In this document: positions 1 through 11,000 of the stretch, in pieces
Layout of the letters: each line of letters begins with the position of its first letter
Numbering within the stretch: the stretch's first letter is position 1
From: Acanthaster planci
Taxonomy: Eukaryota
Direction of reading: 5' to 3'
Assembly (NCBI RefSeq): GCF_001949145.1
Contig: NW_019091362.1
Span: 1,991,838 to 2,055,837 of the forward strand
DNA length: 64,000 nt
Position numbers and translations under genes: made by a program
Notes under the pieces: generated by a model
Databases searched by the model: none
What the model was told of the DNA's origin: nothing
The model's input: the letters and a program-made list of their open reading frames with translations, nothing else

Positions 1-280
1 GATTTTTGTTAATTTAGGTATGCAGTTGAGTAGGCATACAGGGTATAGTTTACCTTCACCCTTTTTATTTTTAAGATTTGAACAGATCTTGCTGGGTATA
101 GCTACATAGGGTAAAACGCACGGAAATAGAAACGCCCTATACTTAATACTTGGCTTGAAACCAGAACGTCTTCCTGATGAGATATGGAACGGGAAACAGG
201 ACTGTCTGCTTCTAGGTTTAATACCAGTCCAAGGTAGAACTAACTCGACCCCACAACCGATGCAGTAAAATGCTTCATTT

Positions 281-408
281 GCCTTTTAGAAGTATGGCGG
301 ACACAATAGGAGGGCGCTGTTTGAAGTGGTAAATTTGGAGCAAACACAAAAGATTTTACCCAAACCAAATAGAGCACTCCTATTGTTTCCGCCATACCTC
401 TAAAAGGC
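281..408. mobile_element. Short palindromic MITE-like element
   Basis: ~40-bp imperfect inverted repeats GCCTTTTAGAAGTATGGCGGACACAATAGGAG / CTCCTATTGTTTCCGCCATACCTCTAAAAGGC interrupting a diverged copy of the EGF-unit intron. Confidence 0.65.
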
Positions 409-502
409 TATAATTAGATTTTCGTCAATTCTTTCAAACAAGATTCTGTGTAAGTCACTGGCGTTATTCTTAGAAGTAGGTGTCTGTTTCCTCTCTAACT
501 AG

Positions 503-550
503 ATCCATGTGAGAGTGGTCCATCCATGTGAGAGGACAGTGCCACTGTAC
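503..550 (+). pseudogene. Decayed, truncated EGF exon (oldest unit of the array)
   Basis: Same acceptor context (GGCGTTATTCTTAGAAGTAG...CTAG|ATCCATG). Reads DPCESGPSM*, then an out-of-frame GQCH. No donor; downstream 560-755 matches the unit intron. Confidence 0.65.
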
Positions 551-1392
551 ACACACACAAAGGGAAAAAGTGAAAATAATTTTGACTTCCAAATATTTAC
601 AATACTTTACAGCCAGTGCGACCCAGTTTATACGTACCCACAATACTATAATATTATTTTGTGGTAGTCTTATAGACAAAGGTGAAAATATGACACAAGA
701 CAGCAAAAAGAGGTTTTTAGATCATTCAAAGTTCACCTCAACTCCCTCACTATTGTGACAAATTGGCTTTAACAAGTTTAGGTTTCAGTGAAAAGATGAC
801 ATCATTCTTATCTTTGTATATAGTCGCAGAGAATGAGCAAGACCATTGTACTGGTACCCGTGCATATTGGCATTAATCTCTGCGTACTTTCCCATGTAAA
901 TGTAGCCTACACGTTTAAGGCACCGCGGGACTGGCGCTAGTGTATATTCTGTCTAGTTTGTGCCATGCTACTCGCGGTGTAGGGCAGTTTCGCAGAAGTC
1001 TCGAGGCAGTCTGGAGGCCTGGTTCAGCGAGTGAACAGTGGTGTTTGTGACCGCTCCTTTTGTGTGCGCCACAGCAGAGAGTCTGCTAGCAATTCAAGTA
1101 CTGGTTCCGCAATCTAAGCAGTTATTGCAGTAACTGTAACATATCCGCAGTGGTTGACTCATTGTGTAGCCTACTGTTCAGTATCGGTTAGAAAGGATTG
1201 TGGGTAGAACAGTACTGTGTGGGTAGAGTTGTGGGCAGAGTTGTCGAAGGTTGTCGGAAGGTCACCTTCTAGAAAAGTGGTGAAAGATTTGATAGCCAGA
1301 GTGTCGGCAGACGCCCTGAGTTACCAGTTAGTTGGGTTACTTAATTAGCACCGGCAGTCCGACGATATCTTGGGTGCAGTCACCCGAGTGAG

Positions 1393-1590
1393 GAGTGCGA
1401 ATTGCGGATACAGCTGAGAGGTTGTAGAGTGCGGATTGCAGATTCAGGTTAGAGGTTGCTGAGTGCGGATTGCGGATGCAGGTTAGAGGTAGCGGAGTGC
1501 GGATTGCAGATACAGGTTAGAGGTTGCGGAAGGCGGAGTGCGGATTGTGGATTATTGGCGGCACTTTCCGGATTGCGGAGTGCGGATTAA
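1393..1590. repeat. 34-bp minisatellite (GAGTGCGGATTGCAGATACAGGTTAGAGGTTGCG-like), ~4 full plus partial copies
   Basis: Units start at 1393, 1427, 1461 and 1495, with partial copies near 1536 and 1578; lies in a ~1.1-kb block not shared by the other EGF units. Confidence 0.85.
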
Positions 1591-1967
1591 TTAAGTGTTC
1601 TTTTGTAGTTGTATTTTGTATTCTTTTGTAACTATTGTATACAATAAGCAACTCCTTTTGTTTAAATATAGTGATTATATAAGCTAGGGAAAAGTATATT
1701 AAGTTCAGTTGATCTTGCCGGCAATATCTTGTTTACACACATGCTCATTGTTGTGTCAGTCGACCAGGTAGCCAAATCAATCACCAATCGGAGGTATATT
1801 TCCGCCCAAACAACCCCTAACCCTTGGACCTTAGATTGCTCGTCAACTCATGGGCCCAAGGGATGCAGTAGTATTTCATTAGTTTTTCATGAATCCTTTC
1901 ATGTCACATTCTTTGTAAATTTTGGGCGTTATTCTTAGAAGTAGCTATCTATTTCGTCTCTTACTAG

Positions 1968-2081
1968 ATCCATGCGACAGTAATCCTTGTGTCCATGGAG
2001 AGTGCCACTCTAGGCCTAATGGCGGATACAGGTGCCAGTGTAAACAAGGGTATACTGGAGACAAATGTGAAATAGAACCAG
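1968..2081 (+). CDS. Gene 1 exon: EGF-like domain
   Basis: ctag|ATCC...CCAG|gtacgt, 114 nt, phase 1-1; [38 protein letters not shown] (6-Cys EGF pattern). Confidence 0.9.
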
Positions 2082-5000
2082 GTACGTATGTTTTGATTCC
2101 TCATCAATGGGTTTGTAGTAAGCGTAGTGGAAGTTTGCAAGCAGTTTTGGGGCACGTAATTTGCGTCCATGAACTGCAGCAGGAGCTAACCATAGTTACG
2201 ACATTCAGGCAAAAACCGTGAGGAAAAGAACGAAATAGATTGCCTACCTGTCAATTGGTTGCTGGTTTTTCGTGACCAACATTCGGCTTAACTCCATCCT
2301 GGTCAAAAATCGTGCTTTGCTTTAGCCGAATGCCGACAGTCGTCCATTTCAATGGCATCGCTGGGATCGGTGGACGACATGTTGGGATTCGCTATCCGGC
2401 AGGAAATCCTGCAAAATGTCATTATTTTCCTTGTTTCGTCTGCAGGGTAGCGGTGTTACTTCCATGCATAAAAAGTGGTAATGTGCCGCGTACTCACGTG
2501 AAGTGTTTAACACATCGATATCCAACAACCGATGCAGCAGTATTGCATTAGTTTTTCATAAATTCTTTCATGTCACATTCTTTGTAAATTTTGGGCGTTA
2601 TTCTTAGAAGTAGCTATCTATTTCGTCTCTTATAGATCCATGCAACAGTAGTCCTTGTGTCCATGGAGAGTGCCACTCTCGGCCTAATGGCGGATACAGG
2701 TGCCAGTGTAAACCAGGCTACAGTGGAAACAAATGTGAAATAGAACCAGGTACGTATGTTTTGATCCCTTGTCAATGGGTTCGCAGTTAGTGTAGTGGAA
2801 CACTGCAAGCAGTTTTGGGGCAAGACTAGCTTAAAACTGGCATAAAGGGCCAGGTTGTTCACCGCTATCAAGCCCTCCCTATATCGTTTAGTGTTTAAAG
2901 ACCCTTTGCAGGGTGATGGATGCTGTTCTGTTTCGCGGTGAGTTTTGTTCAGAGGCGCTGTTGAAGTCTCTTCAGATGTCCTGTCTGATTTTGTGGTAAG
3001 TGGGTTTTCCGCTGTATAGGGAATGAATACATTACATGGTCGTGGGAGTTCATCGTATCACAGACTAAAAAGTGACCTCTGAAAACTGACTGATACTGCA
3101 ACCTTTGCATAAGTAAACTCAGGTGCAAAATCCAATGACACTGTGTATTTATTGTCTCTGTCGTTGACGTCTTTGAAAATACACTTGACAAAAACCTACG
3201 CCAAATATTTGTTTATAAAAAAGGCAAAAAATGCCGGAGCCGAAAACGAAATGTCTTTCTGTATAACGAGCTCCGAATTCCCAAAATGTTAAATACATTA
3301 CAGTCAGTGCTACCCAGTTTACTCGTAGACACATGAAACGGTACAATATCAAAGGTGAAATTATGAAACAAAACGGCGGAAAGAGCTTTTTTAGATCAAA
3401 AATTCATGTTTAGGTTCACCTCAGTTCCCTTACTTATATTTTCGTTAATCTTGAAAACTCCAGACTGAGACCACCCTGGAAATTCAGAAGAAATTCTCCA
3501 AGTGGTTATAATTTTGATTTCCCAGTAAAACAACGATCCAGGTCATAATCGACCTAGGCATCCCCAAGTGCCTCTGTTGTCTCACTGATTTGCTTTGTTT
3601 TAAGTTCACGTAATTTGCGTCCATGAACTGCAGCAGGAGCTAACCATAGTTAGGACATTCATGCAAAAACTGTGAGGAAAAGAACGAAATAGATTGCCTA
3701 CCTGTCAATTGGTTGCTCATTTCCGTGACCAACATTCGGCTTTACTCCTTCCGGGTCAAAAATCGTGCTTTGCTTTAACCGAATGCTGATAGTTGTCAAT
3801 ATCAATGGCATCGCTGGCATCGGNNNNNNNNNNNNNNNNNNNNNNNNNNNNNNNNNNNNNNNNNNNNNNNNNNNNNNNNNNNNNNNNNNNNNNNNNNNNN
3901 NNNNNNNNNNNNNNNNNNNNNNNNNNNNNNNNNNNNNNNNNNNNNNNNNNNNNNNNNNNNNNNNNNNNNNNNNNNNNNNNNNNNNNNNNNNNNNNNNNNN
4001 NNNNNNNNNNNNNNNNNNNNNNNNNNNNNNNNAAAAATCAGGTGCAAAATCCAATGACACTGTGTATTTATTTCTCTTTCGTTGACATCTTTGAAAATAC
4101 ACTTGAAAAAAATCTACGTAAAATAAATTTACGTTTATAAAAAAGGCAAAAAATGCCGGAGCCGAAAACGAAATGTCTTTCTTTATAATGAGCTCCGAAT
4201 TCCAAAAATGTAAAATACGTTACAGTCAGTGCTACCCAGTTTAGGCTACTCGTAGACACATGAAACGGTACAATATCAAAGGGGAAATTATGAAAAAAGG
4301 CTGCGAAAAGAGCTTTTCTTATATCAAAAATTCATCCTAAAGTTCATGTTTAGGTTCACCTTAGTTCCCTCACTAATATTTTCGTTAATCTTGAAAACTG
4401 CAGACTGAGGCCACCGTGAAAATTCAGAACAGATTCTTCAAATGGTGACAATTTCGATTTCCCAGTAAAACAATGATCCTAGCCATAGTCGCCCTAGGCA
4501 TCCCTAAGTGTCTCTGTTTTCTCACAGAATTTCTTTGTTTCAAATTTACGTAATTTGCGCCCATGAACTGCAGCAGGAGCTAACCATAGCTTCAGACATT
4601 CAGGCAAAAACCGTGAAGAAATGAACGAAGTAGCTTGCGCACCTGTCAATTGATTGCTCCTTTCCGTCCTCAACGTCCGGCTTTATTCCATTCGAGTCAG
4701 AATTCGTGCTTTGCTGCTTCCGAAAGCTGATCTCACCGTTGTCCATATCGATGGCATCGGTGGACGACATGTTAGAGTTGCTATCTGGCAGCAAATTCTG
4801 ACAAACGTCTTCATTTTCCGTGCTTCGTCTGAAGGGTAGTTGTGTCACTGGGATGCGTAAAAAAATGGTAATGTGCCGCGTATTCACGTTAAGTGTTTAA
4901 CACATCGATATCCAACAACCGATGCAGCAGTATTGCATTAGTTTTTCATGAATTCTTTCATGTCACATTCTTTGTAATTTGTGGGCGTCATTCTTAGAAG

Positions 5001-8000
5001 TAGCTATCTATGTCGTCTCCTACTAGATCCCTGCGACAGTAATCCTTGTGTCCATGGAGTGTGCCACTCTAGGCCTAATGGCGGATACAGGTGCCAGTGT
5101 AAACAAGGGTACAGTGGAAACAAATGTGAAATAGAACCAGGTACGTATGTTTTGATCCCTTATCAATGGGTTCGCAGTTAGTGTAGTGGAACACTGCAAG
5201 CAGTTTTGGGGCAAGACTAGCTTAAAACTGGCATAAAGGGCCAGGTTGTTCACCGCTATCAAGCCTTCCCTATATCGCTTGGTGTTTAAAGACCCTTTGC
5301 AGGGTGATGAATGCTGTTCTGTTGCGCAGTGAGTTTTGTTCAGAGGCGCTGCTGAAGTCTTTTCAGATGTCCTGTCTGATTTTGTGGTAAGCGGTTTTTT
5401 CCACAGTATGTGGAATGCATACAAGTGGTCGTGGAGTTCAGCGTATCACAGACTGAAAATTGACCTCTGAAAATTGACTGATACCGCAACCTTTGCATAA
5501 GAAAACTCAGGTGCAAAATCCAATGACACTGTGTATTTATTGTCTCTTTCGTTGACGTCTTTGAAAATTCACTTGAAAAAAATCTACGTAAAATATTTGT
5601 TTATAAAACAGGCAAACAATTCCGGAGTCGAAAACGAAATGTCTTTCTTTATAAAGAGCTCCGAAATCCAAAAATGTAAAATACATTACAGTCAGTGCTA
5701 CCCAGTTTACTCGTAGACACATGAAACGGTACAATATCAAAGGGGAAATTATGAAAAAAGATTGCGAAATGAGCTTTTTTAGATCAAAAATTCATCCTAA
5801 AGTTCATGTTTAGGTTCACCTCAGCTCCCTCACTNNNNNNNNNNNNNNNNNNNNNNNNNNNNNNNNNNNNNNNNNNNNNNNNNNNNNNNNNNNNNNNNNN
5901 NNNNNNNNNNNNNNNNNNNNNNNNNNNNNNNNNNNNNNNNNNNNNNNNNNNNNNNNNNNNNNNNNNNNNNNNNNNNNNNNNNNNAATTTGCCGCGTGCTC
6001 ACGTGAAGTGTTTAACATATCGATATCCAACAACTGATGCAGCAGTATTGCATTAGTTTTTCATGAATTCTTTCATGTCACATTCTTTGTAAATTTTGGG
6101 CGTTATTCTTAGAAGTAGCTCTCTATTTCGTCTCATACTAGATCCATGCGGCAGTAATCCTTGTGTCCATGGGGTGCCACTCTAGGCCTAATGGCGGATA
6201 CAGGTGCCAGTGTAAACACGGGTACAGTGGAAACAAATGTGAAATAGAACCAGGTACGTATGTTTTGATCTCTTATCAATGGGTTCGCAGTTAGTGTAGT
6301 GGAACACTGCAAGCAGTTTTTGTGCAAGACTAGCTCAAAACTGGCATAAAGGGCCAGGCTGTTCACCGCTATCAAGCCCTCCCTATATCGCTTAGTGTTT
6401 AAAGACCTTTTGCAGGGTGATGAATGCTGTTCTGTTGCGCAGGGAGTTTTGTTCAGATGCGCTGTTGAAGTCTCTTCAGATCTCCTGTCTGATTTTGTGG
6501 TGATCAATTTTTTCCACTGCATGGGGAATGATTACAAGCGGTCGTGGAGTTCATCGCATCACAGACTGAAAATTGATCTCTGAAAATTGACTGATACCGC
6601 AACCTTTGCATAAGAAAACTCAGGTGCAAAATCCAGTGACACTGTATATTTATTGTCTCTTTCGCGTGACGTCTTTGAAAATGTCTTTCTATATAATGAG
6701 CTCCGAATTCCAAAAATGTTAAATACATTACAGTTAGTGCTACCCAGTTTACTCGTAGACACATGAAATGGTACAATATCAAAGGTGAAATTATGAAACA
6801 AGACGGCGAAAAAAACTTTTTTTAGATCAAAAATTCATCCTAAAATTCATGTTTAGGTTCACCTCAGTTCCCTTACTAAGTTTTTCGATAATCTTGAGAA
6901 CTCCAGACTGAGACCACCGTGAAAATTCAGAAAAAAAGTCTCCAAGTGGTTATAATTTTGATTTCCCAGTAAAACATCGATCGAGGTCATAATCGACCTA
7001 GGCACCCCCAAGTGTCTCTGTTTTCTCACAGANNNNNNNNNNNNNNNNNNNNNNNNNNNNNNNNNNNNNNNNNNNNNNNNNNNNNNNNNNNNNNNNNNNN
7101 NNNNNNNNNNNNNNNNNNNNNNNNNNNNNNNNNNNNNNNNNNNNNNNNNNNNNNNNNNNNNNNNNNNNNNNNNNNNNNNNNNNNNNNNNNNNNNNNNNNN
7201 NNNNNNNNNNNNNNNNNNNNNNNNNNNNNNNNNNNNNNNNNNNNNNNNNNNNNNNNNNNNNNNNNNNNNNNNNNNNNNNNNNNNNNNNNNNNNNNNNNNN
7301 NNNNNNNNNNNNNNNNNNNNNNNNNNNNNNNNNNNNNNNNNNNNNNNNNNNNNNNNNNNNNNNNNNNNNNNNNNNNNNNNNNNNNNNNNNNNNNNNNNNN
7401 NNNNNNNNNNNNNNNNNNNNNNNNNNNNNNNNNNNNNNNNNNNNNNNNNNNNNNNNNNNNNNNNNNNNNNNNNNNNNNNNNNNNNNNNNNNNNNNNNNNN
7501 NNNNNNNNNNNNNNNNNNNNNNNNNNNNNNNNNNNNNNNNNNNNNNNNNNNNNNNNNNNNNNNNNNNNNNNNNNNNNNNNNNNNNNNNNNNNNNNNNNNN
7601 NNNNNNNNNNNNNNNNNNNNNNNNNNNNNNNNNNNNNNNNNNNNNNNNNNNNNNNNNNNNNNNNNNNNNNNNNNNNNNNNNNNNNNNNNNNNNNNNNNNN
7701 NNNNNNNNNNNNNNNNNNNNNNNNNNNNNNNNNNNNNNNNNNNNNNNNNNNNNNNNNNNNNNNNNNNNNNNNNNNNNNNNNNNNAATTTGCCGCGTACTT
7801 ACGTTAAGTGTTTAACACATCGATATCCAACAACTGATGCAGTAGTATTGCATTAGTTTTTAATGAATTCTTTCATGTCATATTCTTTGTAAATTTTGGG
7901 CGTTATTCTTAGAAGGAACTATTTATTTCGTCTCATACTAGATCCATGCAGCAGTAATCCTTGTGTCCATGGAGAGTGCCACTCTCGGCCTAATGGCGGA

Positions 8001-11000
8001 TACAGGTGCCAGTGTAAACCAGGGTATAGTGGAGACAAGTGTGAAATAGAACCAGGTACGTATGTTTTGATCCCTTATTAATGGGTTCGCAGTTAGTGTA
8101 GTGGAACACTGCAAGCAGTTTTGGGGCAAGACTAGCTCAAAACTGGCATAAAGGGCCAGGTTGTTCACCATTATCAAGCCCTCCCTATATCGCTTAGTGT
8201 TTAAAGACCCTTTGCAGGGTGATGAATGCCGTTCTTTTGCGCAGTGAGTTTTGTTCAGAGGCACTGTTGAAGTCTCTTCAGAAGTCCTGTCTGATTTTGT
8301 GATAAGCATTTTTTTCTGCTGTGTGTGGAATGAATACAAGTGGTCGTGGAGTTCATCGTATCACAGACTGAAAAGTGACCTCTGAAAATTGACTGATACC
8401 GCAACCATTGGATAAGAAAACTCACGTGCAAAAACCGGTAGTGGAAGGCTATTCAAAGTTCATGTTTAGGATCATCTCAGTTCCCTTACTAATAGTTTTG
8501 GTAATCTTGAAAAAGTTCAGACTGAGACCAATTCTTCTCGATTAGATAGCACCGTGGGACGGAAAAAGTTGACAAATGTGGCTTTGTATTGAAAGGATTA
8601 AAAAGGTTACTGGGTATGGCCCGTGCTACACAATGACTTTCTGCTTCCGATATTCCTGTAAATCTGTGTACCTCTCGCATGCATGTTGGTACATCTGCCT
8701 CTATTCGCAAGGAGGCAGAGCATTTTCGATTTACGGAAGGATATTGTGGCGGGACGACTGACACCTTTTGTGGCGAGCCCAGTAGACCGGCCTGATAGAA
8801 GATGGGATTTACCTGGCCTAACCCCACAAATATATTTAATAACCTTGCGCAAGGACGAGCGGCTACCCAGACACAAGGGGGGATATCAGCTAACGAGCGG
8901 CGGACTAAGCTTAGGAGCAGTTCGTTTGGTGGAAATTTACCACCGCTTAAGAAAGATCCATCTGGCAATAAGGCAATTAAATGAAGGAAAACCTAAATCA
9001 GCCTCACAATGACACAGGATTTCCAAGGACAATTAATCAAGTAATTGGTTTAATGCAATAATAAATCAATGAGGTATATAAATATCACAAGGTTTATTTA
9101 CACATTTATTTATTTATTCATTTATTTATTCCATTTCTTTATCCAGGGTATGCCCAAACAGTTACAAACTTGTTTCCATTGGGGCCCTGTGATCATTACA
9201 AGTTAATAAAATAGTTGGAAAATCCCAACGAAAAGTAGAATTCACATCAATATTTACAAATGCAAACCACTAAAATATCACACACAGTGAACATTTAAAT
9301 AATCAAGGCATTAATTAAATACTTATCACGGAATGGGTGAACCCCCCCCCCAAAAAAAAAACACTATGGGAAAAAAGAACACGGGGAAATTCCCGATCCG
9401 GCTCCAGCGAACATTGGCAACCAAGTTTACTACTCCATAGATCAGCGTTTTGGACTTCACGGCACTGGTCATGACTTTCCGTAGTTCTGATTTGAATGTC
9501 CCTGAGGAGTACAATACTTCTGAGTTGTTCTGGCAAATTGTTCCTTGTTTTTGCACCACTCACGGTAAAACTTTGAGCGTAGCATTCTTTTTTAGCTAAA
9601 GGGACTTTAAGTGCCTTGTTAACTGAGTTTCTTGTTTCACGAATCTGTGTGAATGGCATAAATAGATTGTCATACACATAGGAGTCAATTTGTTTAGACA
9701 TTTAAAAACAAGAACAGCCTTTTTAGATCAAACTCTCTCGTAAAATGGTACCCAGTTCAGTAAAGTCCGATTAGTGCCTCCAGCTTAGCTAAGGACAAAT
9801 GGAGCCAGTAATATCTTAGCGATATTTTGTGGTGTTTTGGTTGCAATTAGCTACAATTTATGGTTGCGACCAGAGGGAAATATGTCTCACATTAGCTCTA
9901 CCTTTGCCTCTGGAATACACTTTTGCTTCGTTACACTATCCATGAAATGTATGCATTTTTATTTCCGTCCTTCCAAAACTTTAGTTTTCAAAGACTTGGT
10001 TCGAATTTAGCTAAGACTGTCCAACATAATGTTGACCATCACTGGACAGCTACATTCATAACGAACAAAATGAGCTATTTTATCACAAGGAGTGATCATG
10101 AGATCTCATAAAATAAACATTTTTATTAACATCGCAATGGAAATGATTGAAATAAATCACAAATCACATACACAACCTAAACTATATTAGTTACGTACAT
10201 ATATAATATATTTACTTAGTATTAAGTGTGTTGGTGGCTTTACTACAGGGTGATATGTCCAGTGCAGTGCAGTTGGTAAAGTTGGTATTGCACTCCCTGC
10301 TTTCTACCATCTGCTGCAGCCGCTGGTCGGGGAGGGCAGCCGATTTTTTTTAAGTCTTCCCCTGCCAGTACATAGCCTCTCCAACACAAAGACTCCTGTA
10401 GTGCCTCTTCGTGGCAGCACACGGTAACTGGGCATCTTGCAGCCCCAGGCTGACTCTGCAGCGGATCTCGGAGCAGCAGTGGTCCCCAGAGACATGGGCC
10501 CACCCGTAGGCCCATATGCCCTGATTACATGTCAACCACTGCAGATAGCAAAGGCTAAATAAGACCTGTCAATTGGCGGACGATCCTTTCTGAGGGAGAA
10601 CGGCCATCTAGCAACATCGTTTTTTGCAGGTATTGAATGAACAGCCAGGGAGATAACCCTGTCACAAATCTGGAGTGGAGCCCTACAGGCGGTCGGCTGG
10701 CTTTGTCTCATGTTAACCCCCCAGCAGCTCCTGCATCCCTGCTCATCCCAGTTGTCTTGATCCCGTCCTGCCATCAACTGGATACGAATGATCTGGGACG
10801 AGAGGGTGAGGCTGATGTTGCGCGATTCTTTCTCGCCCAAATTAACTTCAGTAGCGCAAGTTATGACTTCAAAAGCCCTGTGGTGATGGGGGAGTGGCGA
10901 ACCAGAAAGTGCGGATTACACTCAGGCTACTGTCACAAACTTGCACACAGCCGGCTCAGGCCATACGGTCGCTATCCATTGGACTGAGGTGACAGTGGAA

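Larger units (their letters stand above)
1862..8530 (+). repeat. Tandem array of ~1.45-kb EGF exon+intron units
   Basis: Intron blocks such as GATGCAGCAGTATTGCATTAGTTTTTC, CGTAATTTGCGTCCATGAACTGCAGCAGGAGC and CAGGTGCAAAATCCAATGACAC recur in near-identical form; interrupted by three N gaps. Confidence 0.95.

Noticed and set aside
174..210. CTGATGAG...GAAAC hammerhead-ribozyme-like core (also CTGATGAGTCCA at ~14629)
   Set aside because: Stem II closing pair or GAAA core missing, and no convincing stems I/III; an Infernal search would be needed
216..233. Possible 18-nt phase 1-1 micro-exon (GLIPVQ)
   Set aside because: Weak donor (gtagaa) and no independent support
1393..1590. 34-bp repeats superficially CRISPR-sized
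   Set aside because: Head-to-tail with no unique spacers, no cas genes, eukaryotic context
1964..8339. Recurrent minus-strand ORFs (…[12 protein letters not shown]…) over the EGF array
   Set aside because: Antisense shadows of the duplicated EGF exons with inconsistent starts and lengths; no domain signal
8755..8790. TGGCGAGCCC resembling an LTR primer-binding site
   Set aside because: No definable LTR ends, TSD or gag/pol sequence nearby
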